Below are positions 50,804 to 64,000 of a DNA stretch of 64,000 bases, piece by piece. The stretch spans positions 285,696,001-285,760,000 of the forward strand of contig OZ024740.1 in assembly GCA_964016885.1 (NCBI GenBank). The letters are read 5' to 3'. Position 1 is the first letter of the stretch. Every line of letters begins with the position of its first letter. Origin of the DNA: Eledone cirrhosa (Eukaryota). The position numbers and the translations under genes are program-made. A model generated the notes under the pieces. It did not search any database and had not been told where the DNA came from. It saw only the letters and a program-made list of their open reading frames with translations.

Positions 50804-51216
50804 AAAAAACCTTTATTATGAGATAAAAATGTAGCAAGGTAAATTTAGCCTTGACACACACAACTCAAATCCCTGTTAAATTATTACCAAGAGGCATCAC
50901 TGTGGAATTAAGGCGTTTGCTTTGCAAACACTTGGTTCTGGGTTCGGTCCCATTGTGAGCCCCCTTGGGCAAATAACTTCTGCTATAACCTCAGGCATAC
51001 CAATTCCTTGAGAGTGGAATTTACCAGACACAAATTGCTGAATCCTAACATTATCATCATTATCATAAAAATTAAGGGACGGTAAATGATGATGATGATG
51101 ATGATGAATATATATATGTGTGTGTATATATATATGTGTGTGGGTGTGTATGTATGTATATATATGTGTATGTATATATATGTGTGTATGTATGTATATA
51201 TTTATATATATATATA

Positions 51217-51588
51217 TCATCATCATCATCACCGTTTTACGTCCGTTCTTCCATGCTAGCATGGGTTAGACGGGTTGTCCTGTTGTGGGCAGTGTCTGGT
51301 CAGCTGACCATGCCTTGTTCATACAGGAACTGATTCTGGCTTGATTTCTACAGCTGGATGCCCTTCCTAACACCAACCTCATTTACAGTGAGTGCTGGGT
51401 GCTTTTTTTCCGTGGCGCCTACTCGTCCACTTTACAGTGTGGGCTGGGTGCTTTTTTGACGTGGCACCTCTACGACCACTTTGCAGTGGGAGGGTGTGGG
51501 GGCATATTGTCTATATGCTTCAGCTTGTACCCATGGGAGGTCGGGTACTCTGTATTACTGCGTGACGCCAGAGGTCACGGCCGTGTGT

Positions 51589-51590
<2 letters not shown>
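51217..51590 (-). mobile_element. 5'-truncated RTE LINE 3' end, same subfamily as 11764-13983
   Basis: Near-identical to 11764-12132; flanked by (TA)n. Confidence 0.92.
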
Positions 51591-51640
<50 letters not shown>

Positions 51641-51784
51641 AGTTACAAGTATTGTTTTTCCATTGTGATATGGATAATGGATACATACCAACACACACAC
51701 ATATATCCTAGAAACGATCGTAAAATGATGAATTTTTTAATATAAGGAACTGTTTCTTTGTTTTTATTCATTATTTTTATTAAT

Positions 51785-51816
<32 letters not shown>

Positions 51817-52674
51817 ATACAGACACATACATATACAGCAGTCAATTTAGGTCTTTTTCCTCCTAAAAAAAAATGTGTGTTAAATTATTAGTGAAAGGAT
51901 ACACAATTTCTCATAATGTAAACATGTTATTTCATTAGTTGTTTAGTAATTGGATTTTGGAAGGGAGTACCATAAGAATACCTGATGTGTGACTAAGGGA
52001 GAAAGAAAGAACTTTCACACATTTTTATATTCTTTTACTGGTTTCAGTCATTAAACTGGAGCCATGCTGGGACACCAATTTGAATTACTGTATCATCATT
52101 ATCATCATCATCATTTAACATGTTTCCACGCTAGCATGGGTTAAACCAGTTATCCTGTTGTGAGTAATGCCAGGTCAGGTGACCATGTCTTGCTCGTACA
52201 GAACCAATTTTGGCTTTGTTTCTACAGCTGGATGCCATTCCTAGTGCCAACCTTATTTACTCGAATATTTTTTTTTTTTTTTTTCCGTCTAACCCATGCT
52301 AGCGTGGAAGATCTGATGTAAAACGGTGGTGATGATGATAAGCCGATTCAAATATAAGCCAACCCCTTTTTATGTCTGAGAAATAGGTGAAAATCCAAAC
52401 CCATTTATAAGCAGTTAATCACATTTAGATGGCATATATAAGCCAAACTCCCATTTTACCATCAATTGGGGGGGGGGGGGGGTTCACATATTCCTTGGCT
52501 TATACTTGAGTATATTCGTTAGTTGATAATATCAATCCCAGTACTTATTTTTTTCAAGTTTAGTACTTATTATATTGATCACTTTCTTTGTCGAACTGCT
52601 AGGTTAGAGGTCATAAGTAAGGGATAAAGAACACAAGCATAAGCATAGACAAACATATTCATACATACACACAC

Positions 52675-52825
<151 letters not shown>

Positions 52826-52828
52826 CAA

Positions 52829-53019
52829 CAAGGGTTATCTGAAAAGTTCAAAGGCTGACCAAGATACTACTCTCATTGAATGACCAAATGAGGTTTATTT
52901 TTCAACATAATCCTTGAAAAGAAACAATGCAGTTATTAATAAGAAGAGTTGAAATCAATGCATGCAGCACTAGCATCACTCCTTCATAGCCAGCCTATGA
53001 ACTTTTCAGCCTACCCTTG
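52829..53019. mobile_element. mariner-like MITE
   Basis: About 29-bp TIR CAAGGGTTATCTGAAAAGTTCAAAGGCTG / CAGCCTATGAACTTTTCAGCCTACCCTTG. Confidence 0.72.
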
Positions 53020-53919
53020 AATGATGGGCTCTTGCAGTTTTCATCTATTAATTTCCTCTCACAAAGCACTAACCAACCCAAGCAATAGTAGTAGAAGGAC
53101 TTGCCCAAGGTGCCATGCAAAACAGAACCCATAACCATGTACTTCCAAAGCAAACTCCTTAACCACACAGCCATGCTTGTACCTGCTATATCATGAAGAA
53201 TTTATAGCCTTATGTTAATAAAATGAGAAATTTAAGTAGAGTAACAAGAGTGTGCAAGAGATTAAATTAAAATGGCCTTGTAGCATTTAGCTAACCTAAT
53301 TTTTACTCTCAGCTCAAAATCTCACAGAGACTGACTTTGATTTTCATTCTTTTGAGGTTGATGAAAATATATGTTACTACAGTAAAGTAATGATGATGAT
53401 GATGATAAGGTTATGCTGGGGCTTGGCTTGATTAAATTAGCTACATTCCTCCCATAAACTTTATAGGCTTTTTGCCAAATTTTGAAGTCCCCCCCCCCCC
53501 CCTCCCCTCATCATCATCATTATTATCACCATCTTCATTATTATCCTCTTCCTCCTCATCATAATCACCTGCTGCATCCCCACCAACATTGTCATTATCG
53601 TCACCGCCATCACTATCATCATCACCATCATCACCATCATCACCATCACTATTACCATAAACTTCATCATCCAATTTATTTGGCTTGTCATTGTTTTCAA
53701 AAATATCAGGTAACCTTTGCTATGTGTTAGATACATATATACCAATTTGATGATGAAATTATTATGGTATTTGTATACATGTGGTAAGATGATGATGATG
53801 CTGAAATCTTGAGACTGATTCTGTCAAACGATCAGTCTCAAAATGTAAGTATTCTCTACAGCAACAACATCATTATCATCATCATCATTATCATTTTGAT
53901 CTGAAGGAAGAGTGGTGAA

Positions 53920-54260
53920 GATCATGAAATGAGTCCAAATTTGCCAACCAAGACCTTGTCCAAGACCCCACGTCTAAACCAGCTGGCTTTGACTTACCTA
54001 GAAAGCAATGGGTGTTCCTTAATCAAATCCGCACAACACACGACAAGACAGCTCATCAGCTCCATCGATGGAAAATGAAATACAGCCCAGCATGTGATTG
54101 GGGAGGACCCTGACCAAACAGTACTACATGTTGTTCAGGATTGCTCCCTCAGACGTTTTTCCGGTGGCCTGGAAGCAATCCATAATGCTGCAAATAACGC
54201 CTTGGTCTGACCTGCTGGTCTTGACCTGCCTCTAACTTTTGTGCATATGTCACAAGAAGA
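53920..54260 (+). mobile_element. Vingi/Ingi-like non-LTR retrotransposon C-terminal fragment
   Basis: QDPTSKPAGFDLPRKQWVFLNQIRT..LHRWKMKYSPACD..DQTVLHVVQDCSLRRFSGGLEAIH: a CCHC-type knuckle region I recall from Vingi/Ingi. Ends in aagaaga. Confidence 0.72.
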
Positions 54261-54601
54261 CCACTTTTATATCTACTCTTTCATGCTGGTACAGGTTGAA
54301 TGAGGCTGTTTGGAAACAGTTATTTTTTTATGGCCAAATACCTTTCCTAATACTAAACTATACTTTATTCTTAAGTATGTTATCATCATCATCGTTTAAC
54401 GTCTATCTTCCACGCTAGCATGGGTTTAGATGTTATATATTGCTTATCTTTATCAAACCACTACACTGTGGGTTATACTATTTATGTTGTACATAAAAAA
54501 ACGTCACTAGCTTTAAAAGATGTTATGAAGATGCATGCGGGCATACACAAATACACACAACATACTTCTTCAGTTTCCCTCTACCAATTCCACTCATAGC
54601 A

Positions 54602-54823
54602 TTTAGCATTTACATTACTCTACATATACTATTGCATTTTTGTGGTAAAAGCTTTATTTTATGTAATTATCTCACATAATATCGAAGCTATGAGATTTTG
54701 ATACTATTTATTTTGAGAATAATACCTTAACTTCAGTATGAGTGACCAGTTATGGCCGGTTTGAACAGAAAGAGGTGAGAGAATTCTGGCCGAATATGGC
54801 CGGTTTAAATACTAAAGGGTTAA
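54602..54823 (+). mobile_element. piggyBac-like MITE A, left end eroded
   Basis: Collinear; right TIR plus TTAA. Confidence 0.8.
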
Positions 54824-55645
54824 AGTCTATAGTAGAAGTCACTTGCTGAAATCAAACATGAAACCATATAGTTGCAAAGTCATGCCTATACCTACAAAAT
54901 CTTCCCCAAACATACAAATTTCAGTTCACTTAAATAAACATACACATTAAAACATCACCTTTCTATGCATTCTAGGACTCACCATCTCAACTTTGACAAA
55001 ACCACATCAAAAAGATTTATGGCTTTGAGGGCTGTTCTAGTTTAGCTTGGTCTGCTCGGCTCTCATAGATGAATGTATCACCTTTCCAGTTAACACTAGA
55101 CTGACATCTGAAGTGATCTAACATCAAACGTAACTTCAAATCAAGATTGACATATGTTTAGTTGAGGGTAGTTCTGTAAGGATAAAAAGAGAAGCATAAC
55201 TATTCTGTCCAAACTATAAACACTTGAGAGAAAAAGAAAAAAAGTACTTAAATGCTAGAATTTCAAATTAAAGACACAAGTATAGTGTTTAAAAATTGAT
55301 TATTTCACAAATCAGTTTTTAATGTTAAGGTTCAAATATAATTGATTTTATCATAACAGAAAATGTTTTGTAAAAAATTTGGTTGTTGAACACAAGACTT
55401 GTCTTTTTAAACTTAAGATTTTAGCATTTTAAACTTTTCAAATTTGTCGACATATTCTGTTAAATGCTTCATTAAATTACTTTTTAATTCTGTTTCTTCC
55501 ATTTTCATTTGGATTTGTAAATTGAAACATATTAGATGATTGTTGTTGTTTAGCCCTAGGTCAGTTGTGACCAAACAAACCTATGATCAAGTGTATTCTA
55601 GTTGTAACTATCTCGTTCTTTTAGGGAAATTTAGTATTACATTAT

Positions 55646-55831
55646 TTGTTTCTACTTTTGGCACAAGGCCAGCAATTACCCAGTGCATTACTAGTGCTTT
55701 ATTTTAACAACCCTGTAAGAATGAAAGGCAAAGTTAACTTTGACAGGATTTCAACTCAGAATGTAAAGGGCCATAACTATGTTGCAAAGCATGGTGTCTG
55801 ACGCTCAACCGATACTGCCAATCCGCTGCCC
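55646..55831 (-). mobile_element. SINE S1
   Basis: Same core; approximate TSD ttagtattacatta/ttagtactacatta. Confidence 0.82.
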
Positions 55832-56008
55832 TTAGTACTACATTAGTTAATGTACTTTCTTTATATAAGATGGTAATGAGATATTTGGCTGCTACTTCCA
55901 GCAGACCAAGTGACTATGATGAGCTTCCTTGTGGCTCACATTTATGGATGTTCTTTGTTGAGTTGTTTTACATACTGTATATATTTTTTGTTATCAATTA
56001 CTCTATTA

Positions 56009-56234
56009 GAGGGGTCAGCAACAGGTGGGCCATTGAGGTGTGTTCTTTGTGGGCCTTTTCAGGTGTTTATATGTAAGATAAGATATAATATACATGTGAG
56101 TTGTTGAGGTGTTCTCTGTGAGCCTCAGACCTTTTAAATGTTTAAATGTAAGATATGATATTTAAATATGGGCTATTCGCAAAACTAAAACAAATTAAAA
56201 GCGGGTCATTACAGAAATAAGCTACTGATCTTTG
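56009..56234. mobile_element. hAT-like MITE
   Basis: GAGGGGTCAGCAAC...GCTACTGATCTTTG; perfect TSD CTCTATTA. Confidence 0.7.
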
Positions 56235-56450
56235 CTCTATTATGAAATGAGATCAACTCCAATTTCTTACTAGAATATTCAGAGTTACATAATCAGATTT
56301 CAGGTGAAGGTACATGGACTACTGGTTAGGGTTTTAGACTCATGATCATAAAGTTGTGGGTTTGATTTCTGGGTCAGGTTGAATCTTGTGTTCTTCATCA
56401 AGATGCTTTAGTTGATATTGCGTATCATGATAGGACTGGAGCTCCTATCA

Positions 56451-56637
56451 TTAACCCTTTATTTACTGTTGTATTTTCACAGTAAAGGCTTTATCTTACA
56501 TAATTATCTGAAGCAATATCGAATCTATGAGAACAATACCTTAGTGTAGGTATGAACAGCCAGTTACAGCTGGTTCGAACAGAAAGATGTGAGAGAGTTC
56601 TGGCTGGATACAGTTGGTTTAAACGCTAAAGGGTTAA
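56451..56637 (+). mobile_element. piggyBac-like MITE A with internal deletions
   Basis: TTAACCCTTT...AAAGGGTTAA. Confidence 0.78.
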
Positions 56638-57246
56638 AACACTCAAGAAACCTCCTATGAGTTACAACCTCGTAGGAGGCCAGCTAAACCTGCATAGATA
56701 GGAGCAATAAATTTACTTTAATTTCATAGGGGAGCATTTTTCACTCAAGGACACAACTCAAATACTTAAATATAATTTGAACTATGGATCTGTAGGTTAT
56801 GAATCAATTAACTACATTATTCAATCGAGGTTGAGAAAGCCCTTTAGTCAAGTCTATAACCAAGATTTCCTGTGCTGGTGCCATGAGAAAACACATGTAG
56901 CATACGCTGTAAAGTGGTTGGTGTTATGAAGGGCTTCTAGACATAGAAACCATGCCAGAAAGGATTGAGAGGGCGTCTTCCAGCCATTAGATGACAACTT
57001 CTCTACTGTTGGTGCCACAAAAATGTACCCAATACACCTATTGAAAGCCGCTATCATCATTGTGATCTCCAATCAAGAGATGATGGTTGGAGTGTCTCAC
57101 AGTGCAAGCTGTATGAAGAAAAGTGTGTGTGCATGCATGTGTATGTATATATATGTGTGTTTGTGTATGTGTGTATATATATAGCATGCTAGTGTGGAAA
57201 ATAGACTTTAAAAGATGATATATATATATGTATGCGTGCGTGCATG

Positions 57247-57279
57247 TGTGTCAACATCATTTAACATCAATATGGGCAC

Positions 57280-57341
<62 letters not shown>

Positions 57342-57366
57342 CAACATCATTTAACATCAATATGGG

Positions 57367-57419
<53 letters not shown>

Positions 57420-57436
57420 CAACATCATTTAACATC
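57247..57436 (+). repeat. Three copies of GTGTCAACATCATTTAACATC separated by (TA)n/(TG)n
   Basis: Copies near 57248, 57338 and 57416; duplicated end of an RTE-tail element. Confidence 0.8.
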
Positions 57437-57514
57437 TGTTTTGCCTACTAGCAAGGGTTAAAATAAGGCATGTGTGTAGATGTATGTGTGAACATATGTG
57501 TGTACATATGTGTG

Positions 57515-57563
<49 letters not shown>

Positions 57564-58224
57564 ATGTGTGTGCATACAAGAGTGTGTGTGTTTTGCATAT
57601 AAATATATATACAAGATTATACTGCATATCATCAGACTCCAATACATATGTATGAATATAAATACAATGGATTGCTAGCTGACTGGCAGGCTGGTGTTGC
57701 ATCCTATAAATAAATGTGTACATATATATATATAAAGGTGCAATGAATGCACATTTTTAACATTCCTTTCCTTCTCAATCATTCTATTGAAACCATTAAT
57801 CAATAAATATCTCTCTTCCCTTGCAGACTTCTATATTCCCTGTTGCTTTATTTCTTTTCTATTTATTTTCATCCTATCATACTCATCAGGTTTCTCCTGT
57901 GTTCCTCAAGTGGTAATATTTTCAGACACCACAAATGCTTTCTTTATTTTGCATGGAATCACCAACATTATTATTATTGTTATTGTTTGTTTGTTTGTTT
58001 ATTTATTTATTGGGGTGGGGGTTCATTTTTATGAAAAGTGTTTCAATAAGGTCTAATTAGTCATTCCTGCCTGTAGCATTTTCAAAATTGTGAATTGGAG
58101 GGGGATAAATAAAAAAAAAAACAAGTTTACGTAAAAATGAAGAATTACATATATATATAAATTCAATGTGTCCCTTTGGCTTTAGATTATTTTTTTTAAT
58201 ATGGATATATGCGTGTATGTAAGT

Positions 58225-58348
<124 letters not shown>

Positions 58349-58349
58349 T

Positions 58350-58670
58350 CATCATCATCATCAATTTACGTCCGCTTTTCCCTGCTTGCAAGGGTAGGAC
58401 GGGAACTGATTCTGGCTTGATTTCTACAGCTTGATGCCCTTCCTAGCACCAATCTCATTTATAGTGAGTGATGGGTGCTTTTTTTCCGTGGCGCCTACAC
58501 GTCCACTTTACAGTGTGGGCTGGGTGCTTTTTTGCCGTGGCACCTCCACAACCACTTTGCAGTGGAATGATAGGGACCCCAGTCCTATCATCTCATTTCT
58601 ACAGCTGAGTAAACTGGGGCAATGTGAAATAAAGTGTCTTGCTCAAGGAAACAACACATCCTTGAGCAAG
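58350..58670 (-). mobile_element. SINE family S2 copy, 5'-truncated, with an extra LINE 3' UTR repeat unit
   Basis: Reverse complement of the S2 body; also contains the ccgtggcgcctacacgtccactttacagtg unit seen in the LINE. Confidence 0.85.
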
Positions 58671-59069
58671 ACTATATATATATATATATCATCACCACCA
58701 TCATCACTGTTTAACATCCATTTTTCTACGCTAGCAAGGGTTGGATGAGTTGTCCAGATGTGAGTCAAGTCAGAGCAGCTGACCATCTCCAGCTTACACT
58801 GGACTGATTTTGACTTGGTTCCTATAATAGATGTATTACCATCCTGTTGTGATGCCAATACACAAACACGCACATATATATATATATATAACACATACAC
58901 ATGCACACACACACGCATCATCATCATCTTTTACATTCATTTTCCAATGCTTGTGTGGGCTGGATTATGTGTGTCTAGGGCGGGTAAAATTCCCGAGATC
59001 CATGGACAAGTTCTCTCCAGCGGTCTCTGTCCCTCATTATCACTGCCATGTCCTGCCTCTCCAACAGAC

Positions 59070-59226
59070 CAGTGTCCTAAAAGTCAGCTCAAAAGTGGGA
59101 CAGAGGAGACTGAGGTTAGCTGGACATGCTCACCGACATCCAGAGTTGACACTGCACTAAGTGTTCCTGTGGGAGCCCCTGCATGGACACACTGGAAGAG
59201 GAAGACCAAGGTTAACATATGTTGAT
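59070..59226 (+). mobile_element. RTE/RTEX-like LINE C-terminal fragment, different family
   Basis: KVSSKVGQRRLRLAGHAHRHPELTLH*VFLWEPLHGHTGRGRPRLTYVD. Confidence 0.75.
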
Positions 59227-59261
<35 letters not shown>

Positions 59262-59375
59262 ACACACATCTTTTATTTTAAAAAAATCAATGGAGACTAC
59301 CTAGAAATATTACTGATTTTTCATCCCCCTTCCTCACCCCCCACTATGTGGGACCTGAGAGTATATATATAATAA

Positions 59376-59551
59376 TTGTTTCTACTTTAGGCACAAGGCC
59401 AGCAATTACTCAGTGCATTACTGGTACTTTATTTTATCGACCCCGTAAGGATGAAAGGCAAAGTCAACCTCGGCGGGATTTGAACTCAGATCGTAAAGGG
59501 ACGTAACTATGCTGGAAAGCATGGCGTCCGACCCTCTACCGGTACTGCCAA
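59376..59551 (-). mobile_element. SINE S1, young copy
   Basis: Near-identical to 49831-50004 and 42018-42180. Confidence 0.88.
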
Positions 59552-60389
59552 AATAATAAACATGTAAGACGGTAATGTTAGTCCCTATTTATTTTATTAT
59601 ACGTATTTTGAAGACGAATGGCTTTTGTATAACATCTGCCGTGTTCTCTTCAGATAAAATCAACAGGAGATCTAAAAACCATTGATATGCAACCGGTCAC
59701 ACGAGTTGTTCATTTCAGCGACTGGCCAGCATATGCCTGGAAAGAACTAGTATGAGTGGGAGATACATCTTAGATATATATATTTGGAATTTGTCATAGT
59801 TGCGTGAAAGCAACACTAGCGAGTATATTTTGTGTTAGCCAAAGCAGCACAACACTTAATGTTACATGAAATGGGTTTGTAGTCTGAGTGGCAATTAATA
59901 AATTGATTTTGAAGGGACTGTGACAACATGTAGTGTTTTGACAGAAAAAAATACCTAGGAAATATACAGAAAGGCAGGTTTTATGTAAGAGTGCATATAA
60001 AATGGTCAAACATTAACTGAATGAGTACTTAGTACATATGAGCAGAGTATAAAATATACTTTCCAGTGGCAATGACCCAAATGTTTCAGGGTTGATTCCT
60101 TTTGCATGTATGTATGTATGTGTACATACATACATACATATGAAGAGGCTTACTACAGCCGAATACACTTTACTTATATGTAGTGATATATTTAGGTATA
60201 TTTGTTTAGGTGGCATAAATAATATATTTATGATAAATATAATCAAACATTCAAAGCAATACACTTTAACAGTTTCTGTGCAACAAAAAAATAATAATAA
60301 TGATGATAATAATCTCTGTATTTTGTAATAAATGTGATGATATACATTAATAGTAAGTTGAAATCTTAGTTGACTATATATATTTTCTA

Positions 60390-61311
60390 CGAGTGGGGTA
60401 GGGTGCTCTGAAAGTACAGTAGCTAGAGTCAGAACTGGATGGAAAAAGTTCAGAGAGCTTATACCACTATTGGCCGCTAAAGGGTTCTCTCTAAAAATGA
60501 AAGGCAGGTTGTATGATGCCTGCATACGAATAGCAATGTTGCATGGCAGTGAGACCTGGGCATTGTGTGCAGAGGATATACGCAGACTAGAGAGAAACGA
60601 AGCTTGCATGCTCCGCTGGATGTGTAATAGTAACATACGTGAACGGCAAAGCATAAACGAACTAAGGAAAAAATTAGAAATAAGAGGGATCAGATGTTGT
60701 TTACTCGAGAGAAGGCTATGTTGGTATGGTCACGTGATGCGCATGAAGGACGATAGCTGTATAACAAAGTGCAGGGCAATAAAGATAGACGGTAGCCACG
60801 GAATAGGCAGACCCAGAAAAACCTGGGACGAGCTGATAAATTCCGACCTCACACACTTACACCTCACCAAGACAATGTCACTGGACCGAGACCTTTGGCG
60901 GTACTCAGTAATAGAGAAGACCCGCCTTATCTAAATACAAAGTAAAACCTACTACAGTCAGTAGGCATCTCTAACAAAATACACCCCCCCCCCCACACCC
61001 CATCCACACCGCCCCTTTCAATGTAAAGTTATGTTGGCGCCACAACATCCAGGCCGAAACAAATGAGATCGTGTAGGTGTCACGTAAAAAAACACACAGT
61101 TCACGCTGTAATGTGGCCGTGTAGGCAACACGGTAAAAACCTCCCAACCCCACACTGTAAATGTGGTTGGTGTTAGGAAGGGCATCCAGCTGTAGAAAAC
61201 CCACCAGATAGTCCTATGCGAGCAAGATAATCACTCTTGCCTCAAGTTGGAAAACCCCCATCCAAACCCATGCAAGCGTGGAACACGGACGTTAAACGTT
61301 GATGATGATGA
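60390..61311 (+). mobile_element. 5'-truncated RTE LINE, second subfamily
   Basis: GCSESTVARVRTGWKKFREL runs into ORF 60470-60934 (LHGSETW..RRLCWYGHV..GRPRKTW), then a 3' UTR with GGAAGGGCATCC motif and (GAT)n tail. Confidence 0.93.
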
Positions 61312-62277
61312 GTTGATTAGTATTTTGATATTTTAGTTAACAAGTACATTATATCTTGTTTCTACTATGACACTATTTCCTCATTTGACAGAAGTGTATA
61401 TTTTTTATTTTGGTTACTAACCATTCTAATACTATTTATAACAGTCGAGCAACAAAATCTCAGACCTCATTTGCTTAACGAGTGGGGTGGAGCTTGTCAA
61501 ATCGAACTGAGGAAACAATGTTTCCATTGTTCTTTCCAATTGCGGTCACAAATCCAGGCAGAAGGAGCCACATGAAATTAAGTGTCTTGCTCAAGGACAC
61601 AACGCATCCTCTGATCTGGGAATTGAACTCACAACCTCACAATGGCAAATCCAATTCTCTAACCACTCAGCCATGGGCCTTTTAATACTAAGGTACCTGA
61701 AGTTGCCCATGATTTTATGATACAAAACTGTTTGTTTTAAAGTATTTATATTTATGTCAAAATCTTTTGTAATAATCTTTTGCAAGAAGCTTTGTTAAAT
61801 TATGTTCCAAACACCAGTTTAATAATGAAAAGGTTATATCATTAAATCTCTTTGAATTCTTGATTATTTTCCAAATTACGTATTTGGAAACCATAGGCTG
61901 TGTCTTTCATTCGAAATATAATAATGAAAGGTCTAACAGATCTCTTGCTTTTATAGAATGTAATTAAGAAACAGTTTAGATTTGATACCCTGTATTCCTG
62001 AATTGTGTAAACCGCAATCAAGAGTTCGTGCCAGAAAGAACATCTAGCTGTAAAACATTGCCTCTAAAAGGGTGCCATGAAAAGTATAATTAAACATGTT
62101 ATGGTGTCTGCAAGGCTAATCCTGCTTTAGCAAAGAAAATGACCTTAAAACACTTGTTATTTTTGTTACTAGTTGATTGGTACGTTTTTTAGCAAGTACA
62201 TTATAATTTACTTTTACCGTTTACCCTTTATAATATACTTTGTTTCAAATTTTACATTATAAAACCCCAACTAATTA

Positions 62278-62568
62278 AGCATGCTCTGTTGGAGTGTGCA
62301 TGCAATGCAAAGCATGGATGAACTGAGAGATTGAGAGAAAAACTGGGCTTACAGGAGATTGTGCTGGAATGGACATGTAATGTGGATGGATGATGATTGT
62401 TGGGTGAAGAAGGGCCAAAGTTTCAAGTGGAAGAAAGCATTGGAAGAGGAAGATCAAGAGTATCACAAAGGGAATATCAAGGGAAAGAAAGTAGAGAAAT
62501 TAGTACTGAAGAGGACTAATCTAATCCATGTGAGCATGGAAAACCAGATATAAAAACAATGATTATGA
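62278..62568 (+). mobile_element. Old RTE C-terminal fragment with tail
   Basis: WNGHVMWMDDDCWVKK and an atccatg..gcatggaaaa..gattatgat tail. Confidence 0.6.
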
Positions 62569-63946
62569 TATTCTAATTAGTAATGGATGGCTTTGTAAAC
62601 TATAATTTATAGGTATTTGCTCTTAGTTTGGTTAGTATTTTAGTTAACAAGTTTATTATAATATACCTTATTGTTTCTACAGTGACACTATTTTTTCATT
62701 TTGGTGAAAGTATATATATTTTTGTTACTAACGGATCTCATGGTTTTATAGAATGTAATCAATCAATACTGATGCACCAAACATGCAGAAAAGGCGGGAA
62801 AAAATGCAAATAATTTTCGTTTTTTTTTTATAATTGGAAAGACTTGAGGAACAAGAAACACAATTAAGAAACTGCTACTATGAATGTTTGTGGAAAAAAT
62901 AGATATCTCCAAATGTAATTGATTTTTTTTTGGGGGGGGGGGGGCGCTGGCATCTTATCTCCATGATTCAAGACAATTATTCAGTTGATTTTCTTACTTT
63001 TTCCTTTCATATTTCTTCCTTTTTTTTTTTTTCTTTTTTGCAACATTGGAATATGTTTAGAAAGATAAATAAATATATTAATTTAAAAGAAGGATTTTTG
63101 TAGAGGTGTGGTGGTGATAGCCTTATTTGTGGCAGTAATTAAGCTCGCATAAATTAATCTCTGAGCAATTGATATTTTTTAAGTAATCTTATAGTGTAAG
63201 CAGCAAGTCTCTCTGTAAAAAAAAATTGTCAGATATGAACAGTCTACAGCAGTTTTTTTTTTTTTTAGTTTGTTTTATAGTCATTTTCCAGATTTGATCC
63301 TACTGTGTGGCATCATGGGCAAGTTGTTTTTGTTTGTTTGTTTTTTAATACTATGTTCTCATTTGGAAGTCTATTGGATGGACTGTCTCTATAATTCAAA
63401 AGGTCAGCCCTGTCTCACACTGTGTTACACTGAATCTCCTTGAGAATTGAGTTATGGCCACACATGTCTGTGGAATATTCAGCCACTTAAAAAACATTGT
63501 TAACATTACTTGAACAACTAGAGTGCTCATTGTTGAAACTGATGGAATTTTTAGTCAATGTTTTAATTGCGAATAACAATAGAGCATTTGAATATCTGAC
63601 AAATAGTTTTTCATAGTTTTTCTTTAACATAGAAATACCATATATTCATGATGCTGCTAGGAAAAAATACTGCATTCATCTAGAAATGTGCATGAAAGAT
63701 TCTTAATTTTTTCTATCTAATTTAAGAGAGGAGTTTGTGTTAATTGTCATTCCCACTTTCTAGAATCTTTGCTTAAAACTGAATGAATGATAAGAAGGCT
63801 ATTATACCTCTCAAAGCTTTCACAAGGTTGATATATGGATAATTGCATAGATTTGTTGAAAAAAAATATACTATATAAGAAGCAATTCAAGAAGCAATCT
63901 TACATCTTATTGAAAAGAAAAAAAATTTTTTTAATGAAATAAATAA

Positions 63947-64000
63947 TTGTTTCTACTTTTGGCACAAGGCCAGCAAATTACCCAGTGTATTACTGGTACT
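63947..64000 (-). mobile_element. SINE S1 3' end, cut by the window edge
   Basis: ttgtttctacttttggcacaaggccagcaaattacccagtgtattactggtact. Confidence 0.8.

Noticed and set aside
53441-53745. Asp-rich and His-rich ORFs
   Set aside because: (CAT)n-type trinucleotide low complexity.
57247-57436. Repeat-spacer-repeat pattern
   Set aside because: Spacers are just (TA)n/(TG)n; a local duplication with microsatellite length drift.

Overview
AT-rich, microsatellite-dense eukaryotic DNA. The repeat repertoire suggests an octopus/coleoid cephalopod (inference). The window is almost all intronic: the only host-gene exon I can support is a 128-nt coding exon (27940-28067, +) for the start of the N-terminal cNMP-binding domain of a RAPGEF2/RAPGEF6 (PDZ-GEF) orthologue, and I could not find its neighbouring exons. 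The rest is transposon material: a 2.2-kb 5'-truncated RTE LINE with a PHD-like zinc finger plus shorter copies, a Vingi-like fragment, at least three tRNA-headed SINE families (one sharing the RTE 3' tail), and piggyBac-, hAT-, Tc1/mariner- and pogo-like MITEs with readable TIRs/TSDs. Several minisatellites grew out of TE sequence. The most unusual signal is a set of small (TA)n-embedded elements with hammerhead-ribozyme architecture, probably Penelope-like retroelement termini. Two copies (2044-2234, 49253-49464) are perfect 55-57-bp fold-back palindromes with three compensatory changes. In them the 3' half of a hammerhead (GAAA, stem III, GUC, stem I) is intact and the 5' half is replaced by its own reverse complement, consistent with per-insertion fold-back priming at ribozyme stem II. 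Most ORFs in the supplied track are microsatellite artefacts.
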